A DNA stretch of 64,000 nt, from contig JAXSNR010000001.1 in the NCBI GenBank assembly GCA_037925075.1, positions 608,001-672,000 on the forward strand, read 5' to 3'. This stretch comes from Aquificaceae bacterium (GTDB lineage: Bacteria; Aquificota; Aquificia; Aquificales; Aquificaceae). The translations under genes and the position numbers were made by a program. Numbering within the stretch: position 1 is the stretch's first letter; each line of letters starts with the position of its first letter. Of this stretch, positions 1-10,352 are shown piece by piece. The notes under the pieces are model-generated. The model searched no databases. It saw nothing but the letters and a program-made list of their open reading frames with translations, and was not told where the DNA came from.

Positions 1-285
1 TCTGTGCCCTTTGAGGCTATCGTACTTAGGGCTCAACTGAACGGATTGATCAGAGGTCTTGCGGTTTTCGGCATATTCCTTGGTATTACGCTGTTTATAG
101 TAATAACCCTTGATAGGTTGGTTTTCAAACCTGTGGAAGAACTTCAGAGAAAGGCTGAGGAAATAGCTAAAGGTAATGTGGATGAACCCATAGAAGTCAA
201 GTCCGAGGACGAGATAGGTAAGCTGGCTGAATCCTTTGAAAGGATGAGGGTGAGTATAAAGAAGGTTATGGACCTTCTTAAATGA
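1..285 (+). CDS. C-terminal part of a membrane protein ending in a HAMP domain (5' partial)
   Basis: TM helix followed by HAMP signature (PVEELQRKAEEIAKGN...DEIGKLAESFERM); frame open to the window edge. Confidence 0.75.
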   Translation, partial: SVPFEAIVLRAQLNGLIRGLAVFGIFLGITLFIVITLDRLVFKPVEELQRKAEEIAKGNVDEPIEVKSEDEIGKLAESFERMRVSIKKVMDLLK

Positions 286-298
286 TATAATTAGCAGA

Positions 299-2011
299 AT
301 GCGTTGGAGCAGGTATTTCTTGTACACTTCAAAGGAGGAGCCTGCAGATACAGAAGCACCTTCACACCGACTTCTTCTAAAGGGTGGATTTATAAAGCAG
401 GCCTCCGCAGGTATTTATGAGCTTACTCCACCGGGTGTAAGGGTTTTAAGGAAGATAGAGAACATAGTCAGGAAGGAGATGGACAGAAGCGGTGCTCAGG
501 AGGTTTTGCTCACCATATTGAACCCTGCGGAGCTTTGGAATGAGACTGGCAGATGGGAGCTTTACGGTAGGGAGCTTTTTACCCTAAAGGATAGAAACGG
601 TAGAGAGTACTGCCTTGGACCTACCCACGAGGAGGAGATAACAGACCTTGTAAGGTCCTACATAAGCTCCTACAGACAGCTTCCAGTGGTGCTATACCAG
701 ATACAGGTAAAGTTCAGGGATGAAAAAAGGCCTCGCTTTGGGCTTATAAGGGGAAGGGAGTTTATCATGAAGGACGCCTATTCCTTTGATGTGGATGAGT
801 TTTCCGCCATGCTCTCTTATGAAAGCATGAAGTTTGCCTACGACAGGATATTCAAAAAGCTAAGGCTTAAAACCTTGCTTGTGGAGGCAAGCGTTGGGAC
901 CATAGGGGGTATAAGCTCCCATGAGTTTGTGGCACTTACACCTTACGGAGAGGCAAGGGTTGCATACTGCGAAAGCTGTGGCTATGGAGCAAACGCGGAG
1001 ATTGTAAAACTTCCAAAGCCAAAGGAAGAGGTGGAAGAAGAACTGCCTTTAAGGGAGGTTCATACACCGGACACAGACACCATAGAAAAACTTTCTTCCT
1101 TCCTTGGAGTTCCCGCAAGGAAGATAATAAAGGCGGTGCTTTATATGGTCAATGGCTCTGAGCCCGTTATGTTCCTTATAAGAGGAGACAGGAACGTGGA
1201 TGAAAACAAGGTGGAAGCAGTCCTAAAGACGGAAAACTTCAGGCTTGCGGAGGACCAAGAGGTTTGGGAGCTTCTCAAAACGAAAAAGGGCTTTATAGGA
1301 CCCTTTAACCTCCCTCCAAAGGTAAAGGTCTACTGGGACAACTCCACCTACGGCATAAAAAACGCGGTCATAGCCTTTAACAAACCCGACTATCACTATC
1401 TGAACGCAAACCCCGGAAGGGACTTCTCTTATGGTGAGTTTGTGGATGTTTGTCAGGTGGAAGAAAAGGACCCCTGCCCCAAGTGCGGAGGTCCTTTAAA
1501 GGTAAGCAAGGGCTTGGAGCTTGGGCATATATTCCTTCTTGGCACAAGGTACTCTGAGCCTATGAAGGCTTATTACACGGACCAAAAGGGTCAAGAAAAG
1601 CCCATAATAATGGGATGCTATGGAATAGGTATATCAAGGTGCATCTCCGCAATAGTGGAGCAGTACCACGACGAAAAGGGTATAAAATGGCCCACGCCTG
1701 TCGCACCCTTTGAGCTTGATATCATCTGTGTAAATCCCACAGACAGCCAACAAAGGGAAGTATCAGAAAGGCTTTATCTACTTGCAGAAGAGGAGGGCAT
1801 AGAAACCATTTACGACGACAGGGACCAAAGCCCGGGCTTTAAGTTTGCGGATGCGGACCTATGCGGTTTTCCCTACAGGATAGTGGTGGGTAAGAAGGTC
1901 AAGGAGGGCAAAGTGGAGCTTCAGAAAAGGCATACGGGAGAGAGGTGGGACGTGGATATAGAGGAGGCTATAAAAACGGTAAAGAAGTTTATCCAAGAGG
2001 ACAAGCTCTAA
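299..2011 (+). CDS. proS: Proline--tRNA ligase
   Basis: Class II motifs (FRDEKRPRFGLIRGREFIMKDAYSF; MGCYGIG), INS editing domain, anticodon-binding domain. Confidence 0.97.
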   Translation: MRWSRYFLYTSKEEPADTEAPSHRLLLKGGFIKQASAGIYELTPPGVRVLRKIENIVRKEMDRSGAQEVLLTILNPAELWNETGRWELYGRELFTLKDRNGREYCLGPTHEEEITDLVRSYISSYRQLPVVLYQIQVKFRDEKRPRFGLIRGREFIMKDAYSFDVDEFSAMLSYESMKFAYDRIFKKLRLKTLLVEASVGTIGGISSHEFVALTPYGEARVAYCESCGYGANAEIVKLPKPKEEVEEELPLREVHTPDTDTIEKLSSFLGVPARKIIKAVLYMVNGSEPVMFLIRGDRNVDENKVEAVLKTENFRLAEDQEVWELLKTKKGFIGPFNLPPKVKVYWDNSTYGIKNAVIAFNKPDYHYLNANPGRDFSYGEFVDVCQVEEKDPCPKCGGPLKVSKGLELGHIFLLGTRYSEPMKAYYTDQKGQEKPIIMGCYGIGISRCISAIVEQYHDEKGIKWPTPVAPFELDIICVNPTDSQQREVSERLYLLAEEEGIETIYDDRDQSPGFKFADADLCGFPYRIVVGKKVKEGKVELQKRHTGERWDVDIEEAIKTVKKFIQEDKL

Positions 2012-2056
2012 AAGGACCTTTCTTCTTGACTAAGTCTGTTGAGGCTCTATATTTAA

Positions 2057-2070
2057 TGAATAACCATTCA
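2057..2070. promoter_or_regulatory. Palindromic operator TGAAT-N4-ATTCA upstream of hypB
   Basis: tgaataaccattca between a TTGACT/TATATT promoter and the GGAGG RBS; the same motif occurs at three other operon starts. Confidence 0.7.
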
Positions 2071-2080
2071 GGAGGTTATC

Positions 2081-2779
2081 ATGTGTCAGGAATGTGGATG
2101 CTCCATAAACCACAAAGAAGAGGTAAGCCTTTTTAAAAGGGTGCTTGAAAAGAACGACCTTCAAGCGGAGGAAAATAGACGGCATTTTGAAGAGCATGGT
2201 ATATTTGCCATAAACCTCATGTCCTCACCGGGTGCTGGGAAAACCTCACTTCTTGAGAGAACCATTGAATCTTTGACAGACCTAAGGGTGGGAGTTGTAG
2301 AGGGAGATTTGGAAACGGATAGGGACGCTCAGAGGATAAGGGCAAAGGGTGCACCTGCGGTGCAGATAACCACGGGCTCCGCCTGTCATCTTGACGCCTT
2401 TATGGTGCATGAAGGTATACATGGGCTTCCCCTTGAAGAGCTTGACCTTGTCTTTATAGAAAACGTGGGAAACCTTGTTTGCCCCGCAAGCTACGACGTG
2501 GGAGCCCATATGAACGTGGTTTTGCTTTCTGTGGTGGAGGGTGACGACAAGCCGGAGAAGTACCCTGTCATGTTTAAAAGTGCCCAGCTTATGCTGATAA
2601 CAAAAACAGACCTTTTACCGTATGTGGATTTCAGCGCAGAAAGGGCTATAAGGTCCGCAAGAAGGATAAACCCCTCCATAGATGTTATAAGGCTTTCTAC
2701 AAAGACTGGAGAGGGTATTCAGGAGTGGCTTGAATACCTTAGCTTTAAGGTAAAGGCCTTTAGGAAAAGCTTGGTATGA
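2081..2779 (+). CDS. hypB: Hydrogenase nickel incorporation GTPase HypB
   Basis: N-terminal CxxCGC, P-loop SSPGAGKT, CHLDA, ENVGNLVCP. Confidence 0.95.
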   Translation: MCQECGCSINHKEEVSLFKRVLEKNDLQAEENRRHFEEHGIFAINLMSSPGAGKTSLLERTIESLTDLRVGVVEGDLETDRDAQRIRAKGAPAVQITTGSACHLDAFMVHEGIHGLPLEELDLVFIENVGNLVCPASYDVGAHMNVVLLSVVEGDDKPEKYPVMFKSAQLMLITKTDLLPYVDFSAERAIRSARRINPSIDVIRLSTKTGEGIQEWLEYLSFKVKAFRKSLV

Positions 2780-3633
2780 GGGTTTTTTGGCTTCAAAGGT
2801 TTGCATGCTGTGGAAACACACATTCCTTTTTGAACTACGAGAACTTTTCCAGCCTTTTGGAAAGGGTTGAGCTTATTTACCATCCAAGCCTTTCTTTAAA
2901 GCCTCAAGAAGAAGCAATAAGAGAGCTACTTAAAGAGAAAAAGGGGGTTGAAATACTTGTGGTGGAGGGTGCGGTAAGGTATGAGGACAGGGAAACCGTA
3001 GAGCTTTGCAGGCTTGCGGACTTTGTCCTTGCGGTAGGCAACTGTGCAGTGTATGGAAACATACCAGCCTTGGGCGATAAAGACATATGCGGGCTTACTT
3101 ACAGGTTCAAAGAAAAGGGTGGGCTTCTTGGAAGGGATTTCCTTTCAGGGGCAGGCTTGCCGGTTATAAACCTTTCGGGTTGTCCCGCCCATCCAGAGTG
3201 GATAGTGGGGACTATACTCATGCTTTTGGAAGGCATAAGGCCTGAGCTTGACCAATGGGGAAGGCCCAAGGAGTTTTACTCTTCTCTTACCCACTGGGGC
3301 TGTACGAGGAACGAGTACTTTGAATGGAAGGTAGAGGCGGAAGAGCTTGGCTCAAAGAGGGGCTGTCTTTTTTACCACTTTGGCTGTAGGGGACCCCTTA
3401 GCTTCAGCTCCTGCAACACCATACTATGGAACGGTGTAAGCTCAAAGACGAGGGCAGGTACACCTTGCTTTGGATGTACGGAATACGACTTTCCAAGGAT
3501 GGGTTTGTGGGAGACAAGACAGTATGCGGGCATTCCCGCAGAGCTTCCCATAGGTGTTTCAAAGAGGGGATACATAATGCTTTCGGGCGTTGCAAAGATG
3601 TTTGCACCGGAGAGGCTAAAAGGTGAAGGTTGA
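2776..3633 (+). CDS. Cytoplasmic [NiFe]-hydrogenase small subunit (group 2d-like, no Tat signal)
   Basis: CCGN, GNCA, GCPAHP, HxGCxRxxYF, GCRGP, CFGC Fe-S motifs; no twin-arginine leader. Confidence 0.85.
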   Translation: MRVFWLQRFACCGNTHSFLNYENFSSLLERVELIYHPSLSLKPQEEAIRELLKEKKGVEILVVEGAVRYEDRETVELCRLADFVLAVGNCAVYGNIPALGDKDICGLTYRFKEKGGLLGRDFLSGAGLPVINLSGCPAHPEWIVGTILMLLEGIRPELDQWGRPKEFYSSLTHWGCTRNEYFEWKVEAEELGSKRGCLFYHFGCRGPLSFSSCNTILWNGVSSKTRAGTPCFGCTEYDFPRMGLWETRQYAGIPAELPIGVSKRGYIMLSGVAKMFAPERLKGEG

Positions 3634-4930
3634 AAACATAGAGCTTCCAAGGGTTGAGGGAGAAGCAAGGCTTGAGCTTTCTTGGAAGGATGGTTCCATA
3701 GAAGATGCTAAGGTATGCATTAATTCCACAAGGGGTATAGAAAGGGTTCTTTTGGGAAGGCATTACATGGATGCCCTTGTGATAACGCCGAGGGTTTGCG
3801 GTATATGTGGGCATGCACATCTTATGGCTTCGGTAAGTGCCATAGAGGATGCCCTCCACATAGAGCCAACGGAAAAGGCAAAGCTGGTAAGAAGAATAAC
3901 ACAGAGCCTTGAGGTTCTTCAAAACCATGTAAAGTGGTTCTACCTATTTGTGATGCCCGACTTTACGCTTCTGGAAGAAAAGCTTAAGGAACTCTATGAG
4001 CCTTTAAAAGGTAAAAGGTGGCATATGGCCATAGGTGTAGCTTCAAAGATAGCAAAGGGAATAGCCCTCTTTTCTGGTCAGTGGCCCCACTCTTCTTATG
4101 CAATTCCCGGGGGTATAACTTCGGAGGTTTCCACAAGGGAGCTAACCACACTAAGGCAGATACTTATTGAACTAAAAGAATTCTTCCTTAAGTACTTGGT
4201 GGGTATGCAAGAGGAAGACTTTGTGGCCTGTTTTAGGGAGGGGAATTGGAGAGGTTTGGGAGGTGATGTAAGAGTCTTCCTTGAGCTTTGCCATAGGGAA
4301 GGAATTTTGGAGGCGGGAAGGTCTTACGACAGGCTTATAAGCGGAGGACAACTTTATGGACTCTGTGGCTACTTTATGAACAGGGTGGTGCATGGGAGGT
4401 TAAAGACTGGACAGATTGAGGAGCTTGAAAGAGTTTCTTATTCGGGGGCAAAGCCAGTAAGGTATAAGGGCCTGCCCTTTGAGACCGGACCTCTTGCCAG
4501 ACAGCTTATCTCAGGAAACCCCCTTATAAAAAGCATGCACAAAGAACTTAAAGACTCCTTTTCTGTTCGCGTGCTGGCAAGGGTTCTTGAGATATGGAGC
4601 ATAACAGAAGCTATAGAGTCTTGGTTGGAGAGGTTAAAGAAGGTGCTTAGAGAGAGGTCCACAAGCCTTGGAAGATTTCCTTCAAAGGCTAAGGGAAGTG
4701 GGTACGGTGTGGTAGAGGCGGCGCGTGGCACCCTTATACACCGACTAACCATCAAGGATGGCATCATACAAGAGTACTCCATAATAACGCCATCCCAGTG
4801 GAACTTGGGACCAAGATGTGAAAGCTTTTTGGGCGTTGCGGAAAGGGCTATGGTGGGACTGAAAAGCCCATTGCATGCCCAGATAGTTTTGAGAAGCTTT
4901 GACCTTTGTTCCGTATGCACAACCCATTGA
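3623..4930 (+). CDS. Cytoplasmic [NiFe]-hydrogenase large subunit (group 2d-like)
   Basis: RVEGE, L1 RVCGICGHAH, L2 DLCSVCTTH ending at His with no C-terminal extension. Confidence 0.88.
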   Translation: MKVENIELPRVEGEARLELSWKDGSIEDAKVCINSTRGIERVLLGRHYMDALVITPRVCGICGHAHLMASVSAIEDALHIEPTEKAKLVRRITQSLEVLQNHVKWFYLFVMPDFTLLEEKLKELYEPLKGKRWHMAIGVASKIAKGIALFSGQWPHSSYAIPGGITSEVSTRELTTLRQILIELKEFFLKYLVGMQEEDFVACFREGNWRGLGGDVRVFLELCHREGILEAGRSYDRLISGGQLYGLCGYFMNRVVHGRLKTGQIEELERVSYSGAKPVRYKGLPFETGPLARQLISGNPLIKSMHKELKDSFSVRVLARVLEIWSITEAIESWLERLKKVLRERSTSLGRFPSKAKGSGYGVVEAARGTLIHRLTIKDGIIQEYSIITPSQWNLGPRCESFLGVAERAMVGLKSPLHAQIVLRSFDLCSVCTTH

Positions 4931-4939
4931 GGTAAAGCC

Positions 4940-5941
4940 ATGAGGAGAATAAGACTTTCTGAAGGTGGTGGTGGTCAAGAAACATGGAGGTTAATAAAGG
5001 AACTGTTTTTAAAACACCTACAAAATCCCATACTTTTGGCCCTTGAGGACTCAGCCCTACTTGAACTACCCTCAAGGGTAGCCTTTACCACAGATGCCTT
5101 TACCGTAAAGCCTCTCTTTTTCAGGGGTGGAGACATAGGAAAGCTTGCGGTGGCGGGTACAGTCAACGACCTTGCGGTCATGGGTGCAAAGCCTCTGTAT
5201 CTGTCTGTAAGCTTCATCATAGAAGAGGGCTTTTCGTATGAAGACCTAAATAAGATAGTGGAAAGTATGGCAAGGACCGCAAAAGAAGTGGGTGTGCTTG
5301 TGGTAGCTGGAGATACAAAGGTGGTTCCAGTGGGTCAGGCGGACGGTGTGTTTATAACCACATCAGGGATTGGTGAGCTTGTTTATGAGGGTCTTTCCTG
5401 CGGGAATGTGAAAGAGGGGGACGCCATAATAGTTTCCGGTCCCGTTGGAGACCATGGAGCCTGCGTTCTGGCTGAAAGGGAGGGCTTTGATTTTGGAGAG
5501 GACTTTGTTAGCGACTGCCAACCCATCTGGGACTTGGTGGAGCACCTTCTAAAAGGCCATGTAAAGATACATGCCATGAGAGACCCTACGAGGGGAGGGC
5601 TTTCCGCGATCCTCCACGAATGGGCTCAGTCTTCTAAGGTGTCCTTTCTCATAGAAGAGGAAAGGGTTCCCATAAGGCGGGAGGTCCTTGGTCTATGTGA
5701 GTTTTTGGGGCTTGAGCCCTATCATCTTGCCTGTGAGGGAAGGGTGGTCTTTGCGGTGGATAAAAAGGATGAAGAAAAGGCTCTTGAGGTCCTCAGAGGG
5801 CATCCTAAGGGTGTGCAGTCAAGCCTTATAGGCTATGCGGTCAAGCCCGATGGAAAACCTACAGTCATGCTCAGGACTCCCTACGGAACAAGGAGGTTTC
5901 TTGAACCACCAGCAGGAGAGCTTCTCCCGAGGATCTGCTAA
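4940..5941 (+). CDS. hypE: Hydrogenase maturation protein HypE
   Basis: AIR-synthase-like fold motifs, MRDPTRGG, C-terminal PRIC. Confidence 0.96.
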   Translation: MRRIRLSEGGGGQETWRLIKELFLKHLQNPILLALEDSALLELPSRVAFTTDAFTVKPLFFRGGDIGKLAVAGTVNDLAVMGAKPLYLSVSFIIEEGFSYEDLNKIVESMARTAKEVGVLVVAGDTKVVPVGQADGVFITTSGIGELVYEGLSCGNVKEGDAIIVSGPVGDHGACVLAEREGFDFGEDFVSDCQPIWDLVEHLLKGHVKIHAMRDPTRGGLSAILHEWAQSSKVSFLIEEERVPIRREVLGLCEFLGLEPYHLACEGRVVFAVDKKDEEKALEVLRGHPKGVQSSLIGYAVKPDGKPTVMLRTPYGTRRFLEPPAGELLPRIC

Positions 5942-6285
5942 TGCACGAATTTTCCATAGTGCAAAGCCTTATGGAACTCATTGAAGAACAGGTTAAAATC
6001 CACAAGGCAAAGAGGGTCACAAGGGTGGAGCTACTTGTGGGCGTCTTGTCTGGCGTGGAGCCCCATCTTCTTCAGCTTGCCTTTGATACCTTTAAAGAAG
6101 GTACATTTGCGGATAAGGCGGAGCTTTTGATTGAGGTGGAAAAACTCAAGATATACTGCCTTGACTGTATGGAGGAGTTTGAAAAGGAAGAGCTAAACGC
6201 CCTTTGCCCACGCTGTGGCAAACCCAACACGGAAATAAGGGGAGGAAGGGAGCTTTTGCTAAAAAGCCTTGAGTTAGAGGTGTGA
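5941..6285 (+). CDS. hypA: Hydrogenase maturation nickel metallochaperone HypA
   Basis: MHE start, two CxxC motifs. Confidence 0.95.
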   Translation: MHEFSIVQSLMELIEEQVKIHKAKRVTRVELLVGVLSGVEPHLLQLAFDTFKEGTFADKAELLIEVEKLKIYCLDCMEEFEKEELNALCPRCGKPNTEIRGGRELLLKSLELEV

Positions 6286-8537
6286 TGAGCATGACAGAAA
6301 GGCTTTGTGTGGAGATAAGGGGTGCGGTTCAGGGCGTGGGCTTTAGGCCCTTTGTCTACAGGCTTGCTAAGGAGTTGGAGCTTAAGGGCTTTGTGATAAA
6401 CGACACAAGGGGTGTGTACATAGAGGTGGAGGGAGAAAGGAAAAGGCTTGAGGAGTTTTTCGTAAGGCTAAGCATGGAAAAGCCACCACTTGCCCGCATA
6501 CACTCTATAAACTTTAGCTTTTCACAGCCTGTGGGATATTCAGACTTTGAGATAAGGGAAAGCTCAGAGAGGGGACAAAAGGAGGTCTTTGTTCTTCCCG
6601 ACATGGCGACCTGTGAGGACTGCCTTAGGGAGCTCTTTGACCCATCGGACAGAAGATACCTCTATCCCTTTATAAACTGCACCAACTGTGGCCCAAGGTT
6701 CACCATAATAGAGGGCCTGCCCTACGACAGGCCAAACACCACCATGAAAGTCTTCAAGATGTGTAAGGATTGTGAAAGGGAGTACCATGATCCAAGGGAT
6801 AGGCGTTTTCATGCCCAGCCCAACGCATGCCCAGTATGTGGTCCATGGATAAGCCTTTACTCTTCAGATGGTACATTGATTGCGGAAAGGCAAAGTGCAT
6901 TAGAAGTGACGGTAAGGCTTTTAAGGGAAGGAAAGATCCTTGCGGTAAAGGGGTTGGGAGGATTCCATCTTATGTGCGACGCAAGAAGGGAGGAGGTGGT
7001 AGGCCTTTTGAGGGAAAGGAAAAGAAGGAAAGAAAAACCCTTTGCGGTTATGTTCAAAGACTTAGAACAGCTCACAGAGTATGCGGAGGTCTCCCAACTT
7101 GAAAAGGCCCTTCTCCTGCTTCCAGAAAGGCCCATAGTGCTAATCGGCTACAAGGGTGGCCTTGCCCCCTCGGTTGCCCCAAAGCTCAAAAGGTTGGGTG
7201 CCTTCCTTCCATACTCTCCACTGCATCACCTTATACTGAAAGAGCTTGAATTTCCCGTGGTGGCAACTTCTGGAAACCTTTCCGATGAGCCCATAGTGAA
7301 GGATAACCATGAGGCGATGGAAAGGCTTTCAAAACTTGCGGATTACATCCTACTTCACAACAGAGATATAAAAAGAAGGTGCGACGATTCGGTGGTAAAG
7401 GTTATAGGTGGTATGCCAACACCCATAAGGCGTTCAAGAGGCTATGCACCCATGCCGGTGACCCTTCCCTTCAGTCTCAAAAGAAGGGTCCTTGCTGTGG
7501 GTGGTATGCTTAAAAACACCTTTGCCCTTGGCTTTTCTGACAGGGTGATAATTAGCCAGCATGTGGGAGATGTGGAGAACTTAGAAACCCTTAGGTCCTT
7601 TGAGGAGATGGTTTTGGACCTTATGGAGCTTTACCAGTTTGAGCCGGAGGTGGTGGTATGCGACATGCATCCAAGGTACGAGACCGCAAGGTGGGCGGAG
7701 AACTTTTCAAGGGAAAGGAACATACCCATCCATAAGCTTCAGCATCACCATGCCCATGTGCTTTCCTGTATGGCGGAAAACCAGTTGGAGGGAAGGGTGC
7801 TTGGTATAGCTTGGGATGGCACGGGCTATGGAGGGGATGGAAGCCTTTGGGGTGGAGAATTCTTAGAGTGCGGTTATACCTCCTTCAAAAGGCTTTTCCA
7901 CTTTAGAACCTTCAGGCTTATAGGTGGAGAGAGGGCGGTAAAAGAGCCAAGAAGGGTTGCCCTTTCCTTGCTCTTTGAGCTTTTTGGAGAAAAGGCTATG
8001 GAGCTTGAAGTTCCTACCCTTAGAGCCTTTGAGAAGAAGGAGTTAGAAAACCTCTACATAGCATGGGGAAAGGGTATTAACTCACCGCTTACGAGCTCGG
8101 TGGGGAGGCTCTTTGATGGGGTTGCGTCCCTGCTTGGCTTGGCTCAAACCGTATCCTACGAAGGGCAGGCAAGCATGTTCCTTGAGGACCTATACATGCC
8201 AGATGTGGAAGATTCTTATTCCTTTGATATTTCGGAAACTTCTGTGGACTGGCGACCTACAATCTTGGCAATTCTTGAAGAGAAGGACAAGAGGCTTGTT
8301 CCCTCAAGGTTTATAAACACGCTTGCCATGGTTTGCCTTGAGGTGGCCAAAAGGGTTGGCATAGAAAGGGTATGTCTTTCTGGTGGTGTAATGCAAAACG
8401 ACCCAATGGTAAGCAAGATAAAAAGGGTGCTTGAGAGGGAAGGCTTTGAGGTCTATGTGCATCAGAAGGTGCCACCAAACGATGGGGGTCTCAGTCTTGG
8501 TCAGGCGGTGTATGGTGGATTGCTTGAGGAACTATAG
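6282..8537 (+). CDS. hypF: Carbamoyltransferase HypF
   Basis: Acylphosphatase GAVQGVGFRP, zinc fingers, YrdC-like and Kae1-like (QHHHAH, PNDGG) domains. Confidence 0.96.
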   Translation: MMSMTERLCVEIRGAVQGVGFRPFVYRLAKELELKGFVINDTRGVYIEVEGERKRLEEFFVRLSMEKPPLARIHSINFSFSQPVGYSDFEIRESSERGQKEVFVLPDMATCEDCLRELFDPSDRRYLYPFINCTNCGPRFTIIEGLPYDRPNTTMKVFKMCKDCEREYHDPRDRRFHAQPNACPVCGPWISLYSSDGTLIAERQSALEVTVRLLREGKILAVKGLGGFHLMCDARREEVVGLLRERKRRKEKPFAVMFKDLEQLTEYAEVSQLEKALLLLPERPIVLIGYKGGLAPSVAPKLKRLGAFLPYSPLHHLILKELEFPVVATSGNLSDEPIVKDNHEAMERLSKLADYILLHNRDIKRRCDDSVVKVIGGMPTPIRRSRGYAPMPVTLPFSLKRRVLAVGGMLKNTFALGFSDRVIISQHVGDVENLETLRSFEEMVLDLMELYQFEPEVVVCDMHPRYETARWAENFSRERNIPIHKLQHHHAHVLSCMAENQLEGRVLGIAWDGTGYGGDGSLWGGEFLECGYTSFKRLFHFRTFRLIGGERAVKEPRRVALSLLFELFGEKAMELEVPTLRAFEKKELENLYIAWGKGINSPLTSSVGRLFDGVASLLGLAQTVSYEGQASMFLEDLYMPDVEDSYSFDISETSVDWRPTILAILEEKDKRLVPSRFINTLAMVCLEVAKRVGIERVCLSGGVMQNDPMVSKIKRVLEREGFEVYVHQKVPPNDGGLSLGQAVYGGLLEEL

Positions 8538-8892
8538 CCTTGATTCTCTCTTCAAGGGTCCTTATGGCTTCCTCCACATCCTCCCTTTGAGCCTTTGCAA
8601 GGGATGGAAAGTAGCATACTTCTATGGTCTCCAATATGGGTTTGTTGTCCCTGTCATAAAAGACACCTATCCACACACCGCTTATACCCGTCTCCCTCCA
8701 CTCCACTGGCTGTGTTTTTGAGGACATTCTTATCTTCACCTGTCCATCTCCAAGCACATCAAGGAGCACCTCCCTGTCCTCTTCCGATAGGGGTAGCTTG
8801 TTAACGTATATGATGTGTTCTTCTCCCTTCTCATAAAGGTCCTTCAGAGCCTGAAGTATCTCATAAAGTAAGGCTGGTGCGTTCATAAGCAT
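8491..8892 (-). CDS. Hydrogenase expression/formation protein, HupH/HyaF (HoxQ)-like
   Basis: LPLSEED..LLDVLGDGQV, RETGISGVW, ETIEV motifs; last gene of the group-1 operon. Confidence 0.8.
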   Translation of the reverse strand: MLMNAPALLYEILQALKDLYEKGEEHIIYVNKLPLSEEDREVLLDVLGDGQVKIRMSSKTQPVEWRETGISGVWIGVFYDRDNKPILETIEVCYFPSLAKAQREDVEEAIRTLEERIKAIVPQAIHHTPPDQD

Positions 8893-9191
8893 GATATGGC
8901 CTCCAAGTACTCATTCCACGCCCTTATGCCCTCAAGGATCCTTACCTCCTTGCCTTTAGAAAACAGTATAAGAGAAGGTAGCCTGTACCTTTTGAGGATT
9001 TCCCTATTTTCATCCGCGTTTATGGAGTAAAACTCCAAATTGGTATAAACCCTTTCAAGCTCTGGCACAACCACATCCATGTCAAAGATCTCCCTTATAG
9101 CATCCCTTTTGATCCGAGACCTTACATAGAGGGCAAAGGTTTTACCAGACTTTAACAGATCCTCAAGCTCTTGCAGGTTCAACTCTTTCAT
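8883..9191 (-). CDS. Thioredoxin-like hydrogenase accessory protein, HyaE/HupG (HoxO)-like
   Basis: DMDVVVPEL, LPSLILF, GIRAWNEY pattern; operon position. Confidence 0.72.
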   Translation of the reverse strand: MKELNLQELEDLLKSGKTFALYVRSRIKRDAIREIFDMDVVVPELERVYTNLEFYSINADENREILKRYRLPSLILFSKGKEVRILEGIRAWNEYLEAISCL

Positions 9192-9654
9192 AGCTCACGC
9201 CCCACCTTTCTAATTCCCTTAGCACTGCCAAGATAAGTTCATCAAGCCTTGACTTTACAGTATCTGACAGCTCAAGGGATATGTCAAGGCTTTCTGGCTC
9301 CATACCAAGAAGCACTATCTCCTTTGGTGCTTTTCCCAACATCTGGGCAAGGGCAAGCACCTCTTGAATGCCAAGCTCATGGGCTGAAACTTTGTTTCTG
9401 AAGTAAGCCTTTACCTCTTCCCCTTCAAACCTGTAAAAAGAGCCGGGGGAAGAACCCCCCAGCACTGCATCCACCAGCAAAAGCCTTTCAAAGCCCTCCA
9501 TGAAGTAAAGGAGGTCTATGCCCAGAGTTCCTCCGTCCATGAGCTCCACATAATCTGGAAATCGGTAGTTTTCTTGAAGCTCCTGCACAACCCTAACACC
9601 AAGCCCTTCGTCAGAAAGTAGCACATTCCCCACACCAAGCACAAGGATTTTCAC
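9163..9654 (-). CDS. hupD: Hydrogenase maturation endopeptidase (HyaD/HupD family)
   Basis: GVGNVLLSDEGLG, DGGT, VDAV, SAHE. Confidence 0.92.
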   Translation of the reverse strand: MKILVLGVGNVLLSDEGLGVRVVQELQENYRFPDYVELMDGGTLGIDLLYFMEGFERLLLVDAVLGGSSPGSFYRFEGEEVKAYFRNKVSAHELGIQEVLALAQMLGKAPKEIVLLGMEPESLDISLELSDTVKSRLDELILAVLRELERWGVSYERVEPARA

Positions 9655-10352
9655 GCCACATCCTCCACATCCACGGGAGTCTCTTTGAAGTTTTTCATGC
9701 CGTTAAACATGGAGGAGACTTCTCCCTCTTTTTCTATGGCGTCAAACCTTATAACAAGATACACGTGAAGTATTACAAAGAAGACTATAAGCCATGCTAT
9801 CCAGTGGTGCCACATATGAACCATAAACTCACCACCAAGAACTGGAACAACCCAGCCGAAGAGCCTTGACCAAAAGCCCTCTGGGTTTGAAAGTCCATAC
9901 ATGGCAAAACCCGTGATTATCATAAAGGCTATGGCTACGTAAAGAAGAAAATAAGCAAGCCTTGCAAGGGGGTTTCTCACATAAGTGCTATGCCATGGCT
10001 TTATAAACAAGTAATGTAAGAGCATATCTGCCACACCTTTCCAAAATTCAGCCCTCCAGACCTTTGGTATAAAAAGCCTATCTCCCTTGTGAAAAAAGGC
10101 AATAAAGAGGCGGAAAAGAAAGGAAAAGAGAAGCACATAGCCTGCGGAGAAGTGTATGAGCCTTATGAAGTCCATGGTAAGGTTGTGAGCGTAAGCGTAG
10201 GTAGCCTCATGACCCGTGGAGCCTATAAAAAAGGGATTTCCTATGTATAACCCTGTAAGGAAAAGGGTAGTGATGGAGAGAAAGTTTATCCAATGCCACA
10301 CCCTTAGAGATGGGCTAAAAAGGTATATCCTCTTTACCGTTTCCTCTCTCAT
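9651..10352 (-). CDS. Ni/Fe-hydrogenase b-type cytochrome subunit
   Basis: RVWHW, heme-ligand His residues, RNPLA; start reassigned to the ATG at 10352 (ATGA overlap with the large-subunit stop). Confidence 0.9.
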   Translation of the reverse strand: MREETVKRIYLFSPSLRVWHWINFLSITTLFLTGLYIGNPFFIGSTGHEATYAYAHNLTMDFIRLIHFSAGYVLLFSFLFRLFIAFFHKGDRLFIPKVWRAEFWKGVADMLLHYLFIKPWHSTYVRNPLARLAYFLLYVAIAFMIITGFAMYGLSNPEGFWSRLFGWVVPVLGGEFMVHMWHHWIAWLIVFFVILHVYLVIRFDAIEKEGEVSSMFNGMKNFKETPVDVEDVA

